Shown piece by piece: positions 51,840 through 64,000 of a stretch of 64,000 nt of DNA (position 1 is the stretch's first letter; every line of letters begins with the position of its first letter). The DNA is taken from NCBI GenBank assembly GCA_038087875.1, contig CM075997.1, forward strand, positions 6,202,001-6,266,000, written 5' to 3'. This stretch comes from Malacoraja senta (taxonomy: Eukaryota). The position numbers were made by a program, and so were the translations under genes. The notes below the pieces were generated by a model. It was given only the letters and a program-made list of their open reading frames with translations. It made no database searches and had not been told where the DNA came from.

Positions 51840-54800
51840 AAGCAAAATCTGAAGGGGGGTCACAAGTGGCTGCAATAGAAATGTGATTGTAATAATAGTT
51901 GATCTCAATTTCCCTTATGTTGACGGAGACTACCATAGTGCTGAGGGATTTGATGGGGCAGAATTTATTAGGTATGTCTAGGAAAGTTTTCCCAAGCAAT
52001 ATGTAGACGGCCTTACTAGAGTTGTGGCAACATGCATCCTCCTATTAGGGAATGAGCCAACGCAAAGCAAGTCATAGAGCTGGACAGCATGGAAACTGGC
52101 TCTCAGGCGTAACTTGTCCATGCCGATCAAGTTGGTATTCTGGGATAGTCCCATTTATCCGTACTTGATCCATATCTCTCTAAATCCTTCCTATCCATAA
52201 ATTTGTCCAAATGTCTTGAAAGTTGTAATTTTATCCACATCTGTGGCTTTGTCAGCCAGGTCGTTCCAGGTATGAACTACCCTCTGAGTGAAAAGTTACC
52301 CCTGAGGTCCCTCTTAATTTTCTTCCCACTTAAGCCATTGCGCTACAGTTTTAGAATCTTTCACCCTGAGAAAAAGATAATGAGCATTCACTTTATCCAT
52401 GTCCCTCATAATCTTGTACACCTCAGCCTCCTATGCTCCAAAGGACAATATCACTTTCAAATGGACAATAGGACAATATCACTTTCAAATGGACAATAGG
52501 ACAATATCACCTCTCCAGCCTCTCCATATGACTGCCTGGTAACATTGTGGTAAATCTCAACTGCCCCGATTCCAACGTAATAACATCTGAAGAAGGGTCT
52601 CGACCCGAAACACCACCCATTCCTTCTCTCTAGAGATGCTGCCTGTCCCGCTGAGTTACTCCAGCATTTTGTGTCTACCTTTGATTTAAACCAGCATCTA
52701 CAGTTCTTTCCTACACGTAATGACATCCTTTCTTTAGATGGGCAACCTGAACTGCATACAGTATTCCGAGTGTGGTTTCTACAACAACTTGTACAGCTGT
52801 ATAGTGATATCCCATCTATTGTACTCAGTACCCTACCTTAGGAGGGCATACCTGCCAACTGCCATCCTCACCACCCTGTTCACCTGAATCTCCACTTTCA
52901 GGAAATCATACCTCTACTCCTAGACCTCTTCATGCTACAATACTCTCTCAGACCCTACCCTTCACTGTGTAGGTTGTGCCCTGGTTTAACATTCAGAGTG
53001 CAATTTGTCAGTGTTAAATTCCATTTGCCATTCCTTGGCCCACCTTTCTAACTGATCTAGATCCTGTTGAAAACCTAGATATTCTTCTTAACTGTCCAAT
53101 TTTCCACCAGTTATGGTATAATTTGCAATTTTATTAGCAATATTCCCTACATTGTCATTCAAATTATTAACGGAAATAGCGAAAAAAACAATGAACCCAG
53201 CATGACCCCTGCAGTGCTCCACTGGTCTCAAATCATAAAAGCACAGGTCTACAACTAGCCTTAGACTCCATCCTCCAAGCCAATTCCGAATCCAATAGCT
53301 TGCGCACCTTGGCTTTCATGTGATCTAACGTTCCAGATGAACCTACCTTGTGAAACCATGTCAAAGGCCTTGCAAAAGCCCACATAGTCAATGTCCACTG
53401 CCTTCATGTCATCAAATCTCTTGATGACCTCTTCTAAAAACCTTATTGGATTAGTGAGAGCAAAAGTGATTGTGGTTGAACATTTTAGAACAGTGACCAT
53501 AATTCTATTTGTTTTAAAATAGTATGGAAAAATAAAGCACTGGTTCACAACTTGAAACCCTAAATTGGGGCAAAACTGATGTTGATGTCATCAAACAAGA
53601 ACTTGTAAAGGTTGTTTGCAAGATGCTTTTGTAGGTAAAGGTACTTGTCGCAAGTGGGAGGCATTTGAAAATGAGATCCGGAGAGTTCAGAAGCAGTCTG
53701 CTCCTGTTAGAGTGAGTAGTATGACTGGCAGGATTGGGTGACTCTGGACGATGAGGGATATTGAGCCTCTGGCCAGGAAAAAGAAGGGGGTGTGTGTCAG
53801 CAAAAAACAACTAGAATTAAATGTATCACATAAGATATGTCATTGTTAGACATGGTGAGTGTGCTGGAAGAATGGAGGGTGGCTAATGTTGTTCCTCTAT
53901 TTAAGCTAGAAAAAGCAAAGGAACTATAAACCACTGAGCCTAACATTTGTGGTAGGCAAGTTACTAGAGAGGATTTTGAGCGATGAGATAGACATGCATT
54001 TGGATGGACGGGCCGATTAGGTTAGGCAGCATGGTTTTGTCTGTGAGAGATGGTGTATTACGAATCTGAGTCTCTGAAGAAGTAACCAAAAAGGTTTGTC
54101 AGTGCAAGCCATAGATGTTGCCTATATGGTCCGGCAAGGCTTTTGATAAGGTTGCACATGGTTGACTCTGGAAGGTTAGATCGCATGGGATCCAGGGAGA
54201 CTAACCAACTGGATAGAGAATTGGCTTCATGGAACAAATAAGGGTGATGGTGGAAGGTTGTTTTTCAGACTGGAGGCCTGTGGGCATGTGCCTCAGGAAT
54301 CGGTGCTGGGCCCATTGCTATTTTTGATTATATAAATTATTTGGATTTGAATTAGATTTTGTCAAGCTGGAAAGGGTACAGATGTTGTCAAGCTGGTAGA
54401 CACAAAATGCTGAAGTAACTCAACAGGACAGGCAGGATCTCCGGAGAGATGAAATGGGTGACATTTTGGGTCGAAACAGAGAAGATTTACGAAGATGTGG
54501 CCAGGACTCAAGGGTCTGAGCTATAGGAAGAGGTTGAGGACCGGGCCTCTATTCCTTGGAGCGCAGGAGGATGAGGGGTGATCTTATAGAGGTGTATAAA
54601 ATCATGAGAGGAATAGATCGTGTAGATGCACAGAGCCTCTTGCCCAGAGTGGGGGAATCGATGACCAGAGGGCAAAGATTTAATAGGAATATGAGGGGTG
54701 ACTTTTTCACTGTGGTGGGTGCATGGTACGAGCTGCAAGAGAAGGTAGTTGAGGCAAGGAAAATTGCAACATTTAAGAAACAGTTGGACAGGTGCATGGA

Positions 54801-55110
54801 TAGGACAGGTTTGGAGCGATATTGGCCAAACGCAGGCAGGTGGGACTAGTGTAGCTGGGTCATGTTGGCCGGTGTGGGCAAGTTGGGCCAAAGGGCCTGT
54901 TTCCATGCTGCATGAATCTATGACTCTATATAAGGCATGATTGATAAGCTTGCACTAAAGTAGATGGTATCGTAGGTAGTGAAGATGGCTAACAAAAAAT
55001 ACAGCAGGATCTTGATCAGCTGGGCAAATAGGCTGAGGAATGGCTAATGGAGTTTAATGCAGATAAATGTGAGGTGTTATGCCAGGTGTTTATTCAAGCC
55101 AGGCAGGACC
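51840..55110. mobile_element. Cluster of nested degenerate CR1 fragments in both orientations
   Basis: Remnants FLEEVIKRFD..AVDIDYVGFCKAFD and RRMRGDLIEVYKIMRG. Confidence 0.8.
52443..52510. repeat. 28-bp tandem duplication (about 2.4 units)
   Basis: GGACAATATCACTTTCAAATGGACAATA twice, plus a partial third unit. Confidence 0.9.
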
Positions 55111-55111
55111 T

Positions 55112-58100
55112 TCAGAATCAGAATCAGAATGCTTTATTGTCATTGCATGTGTCACATACAACGAAATTAATGTGTCTCTCCATTTAAAAGAACTACAAAC
55201 ATTCACATACTCAAACTTTTTACACTCCCTCCCTCCCCAAAGCCACCCATGGATTCACATTTACATAAATTAACACTGTCTCCCATAACCCGCTCCCGAG
55301 ACAGAGTTCAGTTCCAAGATTGCTGATGGATAAAAGCTGTTCTTGAGTCTGGCAGTGCGTGACTTTAGCGACCTGTACCTTTTTTCCTGAGGGCAGCAGT
55401 GTGAAAAGGTGGTGACAAGGATGTGTAATGTCTTTCACGATATTACAGGTCCTGCTGCGGCATCTGGAGTGGTAAATGTCCTCCAGAGGGGGCAGGGGGA
55501 GTCCAATGATACCCTGGGCAGTTTTTATCACCCTCTGGAGAGCTGCTCTGTCAGCTGCTGAACAGTTCCCAAACCAGGCAGTTATGCAGTAAGTCAGTGT
55601 GCTTTCTACCGAACAGCGGTAAAAAGACTCCAGCAGTTTAGCAGACAGATGGGCCTTCCTCAGTGTTCTGAGGAAGTAAAGTCTCTGTTGCGCCTTTTTT
55701 ACAACTACAGCAGAGTTCACAGACCATTTAAGATCCTCACTGATGTTGATCCCCAGAAATTTAAAACTAGGCACCCTCTCCACCTTCTCGCCCCCTATCT
55801 CCAGTGGCCTGAGCTCCGCTCTATGTCGCCTGAAATCAGTGATGATCTCCTTTGTCTTTTTAGTGTTCAGAGAGAGATTGTTGTGAGCACACCACTCAGA
55901 AAGTCTGTGCAACTCCTCTCTATAGGCGTCCTCGTTCCCATTTGAGATGCGCCACGGTTGTATCGTGTATTTGCGGGGTGATGGGGCAAGCAGTCATGTG
56001 TGTATAGGGCGTAGAGGAGCGGACTGAGCACACAGCCCTGCGGTGCTCCTGTGCTGAGGGTCAGGGATGTCGAGGTGTAGGGTCCAAGTCTCACCGTCTG
56101 TGGGCGTTCACTGAGAAAGTCCAATATCCACCGACACAGTTGACTGCTGAGGCCAAGGTCTAGCATTTTTGTGATCAGCTTGCTGGGTATGATTGTATCG
56201 AAAGCTGAGCTGTAATCAACAAAAAGCATCCTGACATATGACCCCTTCTCCTCTAGGTGTTGTAGTGCAGCATGGAGGACAGTGTTTATGGCATCCTCTG
56301 TAGATCTATTAGCCCTATATGCATACTGCTGTGGGTCGAGTGAGGGGGGGAGAGATAATTTAAGGTGACCTAGGACCAGCCTTTCAAAGCACTTGGAGAC
56401 TACAGATGTAAGAGCAACGGGCCTGTAGTCATTAAGGGAGTTGATGTTTGTCTGCTTGGGCACCGGGATGATAGTGGTGGTTTTCAGGCACGTTGGCACG
56501 GAGGAGTGTGCTAGGGAAAGGTTAAAAATGTCTGTGAATACCCCAGCGAGCTGGTGAGCACAGTCCCGGAGCACCCTGCCTGGGATCTCATCCGGGCCAG
56601 CAGCCTTACTAGCATTAACAGTTCTCAGGGCCCGCTTTACCTCCTCTAACTGGAGGGTAAGTGGCTGGTCAGCAGGGTCCAGTAGGAGAGAGGTTCTTTC
56701 ATTCGGACCTCTCTCGAAACGGGCAAAAAAGTGGTTGAGCTCCTCTGCCAGCGATGTATTTGCAGCTGTCGGTGGGTCCCGGCTGCCCCTGAGGTTTGTT
56801 AGGTGATGTATTCCCTGCCACATGCGTGCTGTATCCCTGGAGGTGAAATGGTCCTCGATCTTCTCCTTGTAGGACATTTTAGCTGATTTAATGCCCCGCT
56901 TAAGGTTGTGTCTGGCAGCGCTGTACAGTTCTTTCTTGCCAGATTTGTGGGCCAAGTCCCGCTCCTTCAGAAGACGCTGGACCTCCATAGTCATCCATGG
57001 TTTCCTGTTCGGAAAGACACGGATGCACTTGTTGATGGTGACACATTCCACACAACATCTGATGTAGAAGAGTACTGCTGCAGCGTACTCTTCTAGGTCC
57101 TAGTTATAAAATAGACTCCAGTCTGTGCTCTGAAAGCAGTCCTGCAGTTGTAAGGTTGCATCCTCTGGCCAAGTTTTAATGATCCTGGTAGTGGGTTTCT
57201 GCTTTCTACTGATGGGGATGTAGGCTGGGATTAACAACAATGACTGGTGGTCTGACTGTTCAAGGGGAGGAGGGGTAAGGCTCTGTAACCTTTAGGAATG
57301 TTAGAGTAAACACAGTCTAGTGTGTTTTCCCCTCGAGTTGGGCATTTAACATGTTGCACAAACCGTGGCAGTACTTTCTTTAAGTTGGTGTGATTAAAGT
57401 CACCAGCCACGATAAAAACCCCATCAGGATGTGAGTTCTGTTGTTTGTTGATCGCATTTAGCAGGTAGCCCAGTGCTACATTAGCTTTAGCCTCCGGAGC
57501 TAAGTACACGGCTGTAATAAAAACCACAGAAAACTCTCTTGGGAGATGGTAGGGTCTGCATTTAACTACCATCATTTCTAGGTCTGGTGAGCAATGTCTC
57601 TCAGTAACAGTAGCATCCGTAGTCCAGTTCTTGTTCGTAAAAACAACCAGGCCCCCCCCGCATTGTTTACCTGAGGCTTCGGTTCTGTCGCTGCGGTGAG
57701 TAGCCCGGCCCGCTAGCTCGATAGCAACATCAGGTATTCCAGGATGGAGCCAGGTCTCACTGATTATCAGAACACAACTATCCTGGATAGCTGATTGTGA
57801 TGATAAACAGAGTCTTAGTTCGTCCACCTTGTTGTTAAGAGACCTGGCGTTGGAGACAAAGAGGCTGGGGAGTGGTGGTCTGTGCGGATTCCTCTTTAGC
57901 CGAGTTAGCACGCCGGCTCTACGCCCTCGCTTCCGTTTGCGATCTCTCCGTCTCCTGCGGTGACTGTTGGGGGAGGTTATCCATGGGGACCCCGGTGCTC
58001 TGCAGATCTCTGCTGGAATCTCGTGTGTATGTTGGAAAGTACACGAAACCCCCAGTTGTTGCGTCGTTCCAATAAAAGTTAGCGATTCTCAGGTGAAGTG

Positions 58101-58216
58101 AATCGTGTTTGGTCTACCCTGGCACAATTCCCACCAAACAAACAGAGATAAGACGAAAAAAAGTTCAATCTAGGAGAGCTCACAGCCGCAGCGTCCTGGC
58201 GCGCAGCCATCTTGTC
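55112..58216 (-). mobile_element. Near full-length Rex1/Babar-type LINE (APE endonuclease + RT), inactivated
   Basis: ORF pieces 57231-57911 (NARSL, SETWL, AGDFN), 55867-57051 (YRPVALTS, VDYSSAFDT, GAPQGCVLSP) and 55220-55912. 5' end AAGATGGCTGCG; (ATTCTG)n tail. Confidence 0.92.
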
Positions 58217-58219
58217 CAA

Positions 58220-60375
58220 GATGAATGGTAGCAGTGAATGGTAGCGCCCTGGGCAGTGTTGTAGTGCAGTGAGATTGAGGAGCGCATAGTTCCCTGAAGT
58301 GGTGTCCCAGGTACATGGAATGGTCAAGGAGACTTTCGGTACATTGGCCTTCATCAGTCAGGGTATTGAGTATAGAAGTTGGGATGTTATGTTACAGTTG
58401 TACAACATGTTGGTGAGGCCCCATTTAGAGTATTGTGTTCCATTTTGGTCACCCTGCTGTAGGAAGGATGATGTTAAGCTGGAAAGAGTGCAGAGGACAT
58501 TTACAGTATTAGGATGTTGCCAGGACTTCATTCCTTGGAATGCAGAAGGCTGAGGGGTGATCTTATAGAACTGTATAAAATCATGAGGGGAATAGATTCG
58601 CAGACTGCACAAAATCTTTTACTTTGTTTACGCAGAGTAAAGGAATGAAGAACCAGAGGACTTAGGTTGAGGTCTCACATGCAGAGAGGTCAGACATGAA
58701 TATTTTTTGTCTGTATTTACTGCGGGAAAGGCCATGGAAGCTATGGAATTCGGGAAATGCAGGAATTTCAAGAACACTGAGGTCTTGAAACATATGCAGA
58801 TTGCTAAAGAGGATATGGTGCACAAGTTGAGGTGCTTAATAGTGGATAAATCCCCAGGGCTTGACCAAATATATCTTAGAACGTTGTGGGAAAATAAGGA
58901 AGAAATTGTTATTAGCAATGGCCAACGTACTGGAAGACAAGCAAGGCTAATTTTGGTCCTTTATTTGAGAAGGACCTCAAGGACAATCTGGGGAACTACA
59001 GGCTAGTAAGCCTAAGATCAATGGTGGGAAGACATTCCAAGAGTTCTATCTGCATTTTGAAATTCAGTACTAATTATGGATACTCAGCACATGTGCCTAG
59101 GAAATCGCGTGTCATAAATTTATTTAGGTTTTTTGAAGAGGTGGCCAAGAAGATTAAGAAATGCAGGGTGGTAAACATTGTCTGCATGGACATTAGCACG
59201 GCCTTTGACAAGATCTTACATGCTGGGATAGTGGAAGGTAAGATCACATGGGATCCTGAGGTATGATGTGAATGATTAAGATGAGAATAAAGTTGGTATG
59301 GTTAGTTAGTCTGCAAATGACACCAATACTGGTGATGTGGTGGATAGTGTAGATGGTTATTTAAGATTACAACAGGATCTAGATCATCTGGGAAAGTGGG
59401 TCTAGGAATAGCAGATGGAATTTGATTCTGACAAGTTCGAAGGGTTGCATTTCTGGAAGTCAAACTTAGGCCGGATTTACAGTAAATGGCAGTGCCCTGG
59501 AAGGCATTGTGGAACAGAATGACAAATATATAGTTCACTGAAAGTGACGACACGGGGTGGTAAAGAATGCTTGCTTTCATCAGTCAGTGCATTGAGTGCA
59601 AGAATTGGGATATCATGTTACAACTGTACAAATCAGTGGTGAGACTGCACTTGAGAGTATTGTGTGAAATTCCAGTTGCTTAGCGATAGGAATGATGTCG
59701 TTAAGCTGGAAAGAGTGTAAAAAAGATTCACAAGAATGTTCCTGGGGCTGAAAGTGATTAGTCAAGAGTCAAGAGTGTTTTATTGTCATATGTCCCAGAT
59801 AGGATAATGAAATTCTTACTTGCTGCAGCACAACAGAATATGTAAACATAGTACATAACGGGAGAAAAAAGTTCAGTGTGTATATATACACACACGCACA
59901 TATACTCAATCAATAACAAATATAGTGCAATAATAATAATAGTCTGTGGTAGTTCAGAGCTTATTTGTTGTTGTGTTTAATAGGCCGGGGCTTTATTTCC
60001 TGGAGTGTAAGGGGCTGAGACCTTATAGAGGTATATAACATCATGAGTATAGATTACAGATTAAAGTGGTCACAGTCTTCGTCCCAGGGTAGGGAAGTTT
60101 AAAACTAGAAGGCATACCTTTAAAGTGAGAGGGAAATATTTTAGGTATGTGAGGGGCAAATCTTTCACATAGACTTGTGGTGGATATATGGAACAAGACA
60201 CCAGAGGAAGTGGTAGAGTTATATCCAATTACAATATATAAAAGTTATTTACATGGGTACGTGGGGCAAGGTTTAGAGGAATATGTGCCAAACACAGACA
60301 AATGGAACTATCTCAGGTTGATAACGCAATTGACATGGACAAGTTGGGCAAGGGTCTGTTTCAGTGCTGTATAGC
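58220..60375 (+). mobile_element. Degenerate CR1 fragments, including the continuation of the CR1 interrupted by the Rex/Babar element
   Basis: Remnants LVRPHLEYCVPFWSP and DKSPGLDQIYLRTL. Confidence 0.8.
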
Positions 60376-60591
60376 ATGTGCACAAAAAAATGCAATACAA
60401 AATGCAAAAATAGAAACTCAAAAGAGAAATTCATAAAATCAGTAGTTGTCATCTAGAAAGAAAAACTACTGCTTCTGTAATGTTTCCTCAGGTTAAGGAA
60501 ATCTGACGCCCATTCATAAAGTTAAGATCATAATTCATGGTTGAAATTCTTATATCTGCACCACTAATCCAGTTTTCTCTGTCTGGTTTAG

Positions 60592-60843
<252 letters not shown>

Positions 60844-62269
60844 TGAACTTATTTAATAGTCGTTTGTCTGCACACTAACACACCTTGTCTTGTTCACTAA
60901 TTGCTCCTGCTTTGGTACACCAGCCCCACAATTCTCTCAGTTATCAGCTCCTCCTGTCGTGGACCATTCATGTTAATTCTTCCACCACTTGTTTGTCTTG
61001 GTGGGTAGCTATCTTCCTACATCACCCAACTCTAACTTCAATGACTCTTTTTTTCTTAATGGCAGATTGGGAGGCACTTTGAATTTTGCCATGTTAAGGG
61101 CACAATAAAAATATAATTTGTTTGTTGAATAAAATCTCACATCTCAATGATTCATATCTTTCATTCATTCAAAAATGGTGCTATACCAGTGCACCACACT
61201 CACTCGTCCACGTTCTACTGGAGAGAGGTGTTTGTCAACATATAGTGCAATCCTTATACACAAATTGAACCATTTATGATCCTTACTGAGGCTGTGCATA
61301 TTAACCACAGGAAAAATTTAAAAATCATTACCAAAAATGCAAATGACCGAAAAGAAGATTGAATAATTGGAGGATCCCCAAAATTATCCAGCAGATTTTG
61401 CCCAAGTTATTAATAGAAATCTGTTCCAACATTTCAAAAAGGAAAGTCTCCAACGACAGTGTAAATAATGGCAAACACCTCTATTAAGACCTCTTCTCCT
61501 CTGGATGGGCAACACTTTTTCATCGTGGCATTTGCACAGCCCAGGGTGGCAGTATAGGCTGTGGGCCGAGCATCAAAAATGTGTCTAGAAATCCGTTTTC
61601 GTGACCCAAGTCACAGAACTACATGAAATTTTCCACAGATTTAGATGAAATATAATTCAGAAGGAAGTCATAACTCGTTGGTGTCAAACGTTGCACATTA
61701 ATTAATTAAACTAATTAGAAAATGAGATCGGGAAAGTAAGCCAATGCCCATATTACACCATGGACAGCCTATTTCCGTGTTGCAGTCCATTTAAACTATA
61801 TATTATTATACCAATATATATATATAACTTGTAAATATGGCTGTACTCATATATAATTAAGTATAATTATATTATATAAAAATAATATGATGAATATAAT
61901 TGTGAGTGTGTTTAATTGTGAGTGTGAGGGTCCTGCTCCTGAACCAGCCTAATTAAATGGTCAGGACAGATCCTCTGGGTTCCCCCATTTACTGAACCCC
62001 ACTGACTGCCATAGTGGGGAGAGTGGGGGTGACGGCCATAGTGGGACTGGGGCAGTGCCAGGCTGGGTGACAGACCTGTAAGAGACCTGTCTTATTTCTG
62101 ATGTAAATGTCACATCCTGGCCAATAATCGAATGCGCTGATGTTTACTCGATGAGTATTAATTTTAAGCTACAATGAGCTTATATTTATGTTAGAGATGG
62201 TGCCTTTGCAAATGAGGACTATTACCTTTAACCTAAAAGAACCCTAAAAGTGTTGCATTGTTTATCTCT

Positions 62270-62525
62270 AGTTTGTGTGTGTGTCTGTGTATACCTTTCA
62301 AACGTGTATCTGTGGATGTGTGTATGTACGTGTGGATGGATGTATGTGTGCATGTATGTGTGGATGTGTACATGTATGTCTGCATGTGAATGGATGTGTG
62401 GATGTGTGTGTGTGCAGATTTATGTGTGCATGTATGTGTGTGTGCATGCATGGAAGTGTGCGTACGGATGGATGTGTGTGTGGATGTGTGTATGTATGTA
62501 TGTATGTGTGGATCGGTGGGTGGAC
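62270..62525. repeat. Compound (TG)/(TATG)/(GGAT) microsatellite
   Basis: Direct inspection. Confidence 0.9.
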
Positions 62526-63296
62526 TGTCGCAGTCATTCACCAGCACGCCATTATCATAAGTAATTCACTCATTGTTTAAATAATTTGACCAAATAAACA
62601 GTGAAACGATCGCCATTAAAATAAAACTTTATATAATCATTTATTTCCCCAATTTATTTTGTTTACATTATATCTGATCTTCATCTGAATATTCTTCATC
62701 AGATTCAAAGTCTTTTGCAGTAGTTCAAGTTCAAGTGGAGGGTCAGGCAGAGGCTACAGAAAAAAAAATCTCATAGTCATTAAGTCTGCATGGACTTCAA
62801 TTCATAAAATTTCAACCTCTTCTTAATGTTAATGAGAATAACAATAGGTTACTACCATAAAGTTATTATTATTATATTATTATAGAAAAATTAGTTCAAG
62901 TTCACATACACCAATTCATTTCTACAGAAACATCAACCATTTCTGACCATTTCTCACTCCAATGGAAGCCTATAAAGTGCGATCAATATCCCTCCGTTTT
63001 TCTCCCGTGGTCGGGGCCTGGAAATTGGCTGCTGCGGACGGCACTATGTACAGCCTCCCCCCAGCGGAGATGATCCAAACACACCCCGCGGCTCCGCGTT
63101 CGCGAATCGGCCGCTTCTTAATTGAGACTGCGGCTTCACTATATCAAGTACCTAGGCCCCGTGGTCGGAGCACTTTAGTTATCGCAGGCAGCTCCAAGAT
63201 TAGATGTTAAAGACTTATTACACTACAGCAAGCTGGCATTAGTGAAAATGTGTAATTTACTGTGTTATGGATCCACATAGTTTAGGCCCTCAACTT

Positions 63297-63465
63297 CATG
63301 AGTGAGTGAATGAGTGAGTGAATGAGTGAATGAATGAGTAAATGAGTGAATGAGTGAGTGAGTGAGTGAATGAGTGAATGAGTGAGTGAGTGAGTGAATG
63401 AGTGAATGAGTGAGTGAGTGAGTGAGTGAGTGAATGAATGAATGAATGAATGAATGAGTGAATGT
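63297..63465. repeat. (TGAG/TGAA)n tetranucleotide microsatellite
   Basis: Direct inspection. Confidence 0.95.
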
Positions 63466-64000
63466 ACAGCCTCCAAATCTCATTTTTTCACATTATAAAA
63501 GGGTGCAATTAAATTAATTAAAGTCCATACAGATAGATTTTCATAAATTCAGACTTTAGATCTTACCTTTCCGTTAGAGTTGATTCCTGGCTGTCCCCTT
63601 TGTGTTGCAGCACCTCAGCAGCGACTTTGCTTTCAAGGCTTTGTTCCTCTTCTATCCACTTAGCAGCACATTCTTCAGACTTCTTAATGCTTTTCTCACT
63701 AAATCAATTACCCTGCTGCAAGTTTCCATGACATGTATTCCACAGAACTAGAAAGAATCTTCATCGGAATCTCCAGTAAAACAGGCATCAGTGAAGCCCT
63801 CTCAGTGCTCCCTGCCTAGCTAGCCTGAAACAAAGCGCGTGATTGGCCAACTGGCATACAACTCAATGTTAAACGTGCTTTGATTGGACTAAAAATACCC
63901 TGAAAATTTTCCGTTTTTTCTCTAATTTAATAAAAAATGTGCAAGTCTTGTTCATGACGAGTTTCAGGGGTGATTTATATAATATTTTTACACAATATGT

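Noticed and set aside
62233..62580. Several Cys/Val- or His/Thr-rich ORFs (also 43904-44510 and 63265-63483)
   Set aside because: Translations of microsatellites.

Overview
This is eukaryotic genomic DNA, most likely from a cartilaginous fish (skate or ray). That inference rests on HE1/V-type SINEs and dense CR1, Rex/Babar and Penelope-like repeats. The whole window lies inside one large plus-strand gene, a ryanodine receptor with RYR1-type diagnostic residues. Eleven GT-AG exons splice into one open frame from [11 protein letters not shown] to [10 protein letters not shown], equivalent to about human RYR1 exons 76-86 and including the 18-nt ASII/exon-83 microexon. Most introns are nested transposon debris. 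The supplied ORF track misses nearly all real exons, and most of its ORFs are repeat fragments or noise. The most notable observations are: (1) a candidate second, frame-preserving microexon (32697-32717) beside the ASII exon, in a repeat-poor zone with YCAY and TGCATG splicing motifs; (2) non-autonomous Helitrons with canonical termini, joined head-to-tail at two separate loci, one carrying a CpG-rich cargo; (3) a full-length Passport-like Tc1 transposon with an uninterrupted DD34E transposase; (4) many Penelope-derived inserts carrying a minimal hammerhead-ribozyme motif. Exon boundaries were read directly from the sequence. Repeat boundaries are approximate unless termini or TSDs are quoted.
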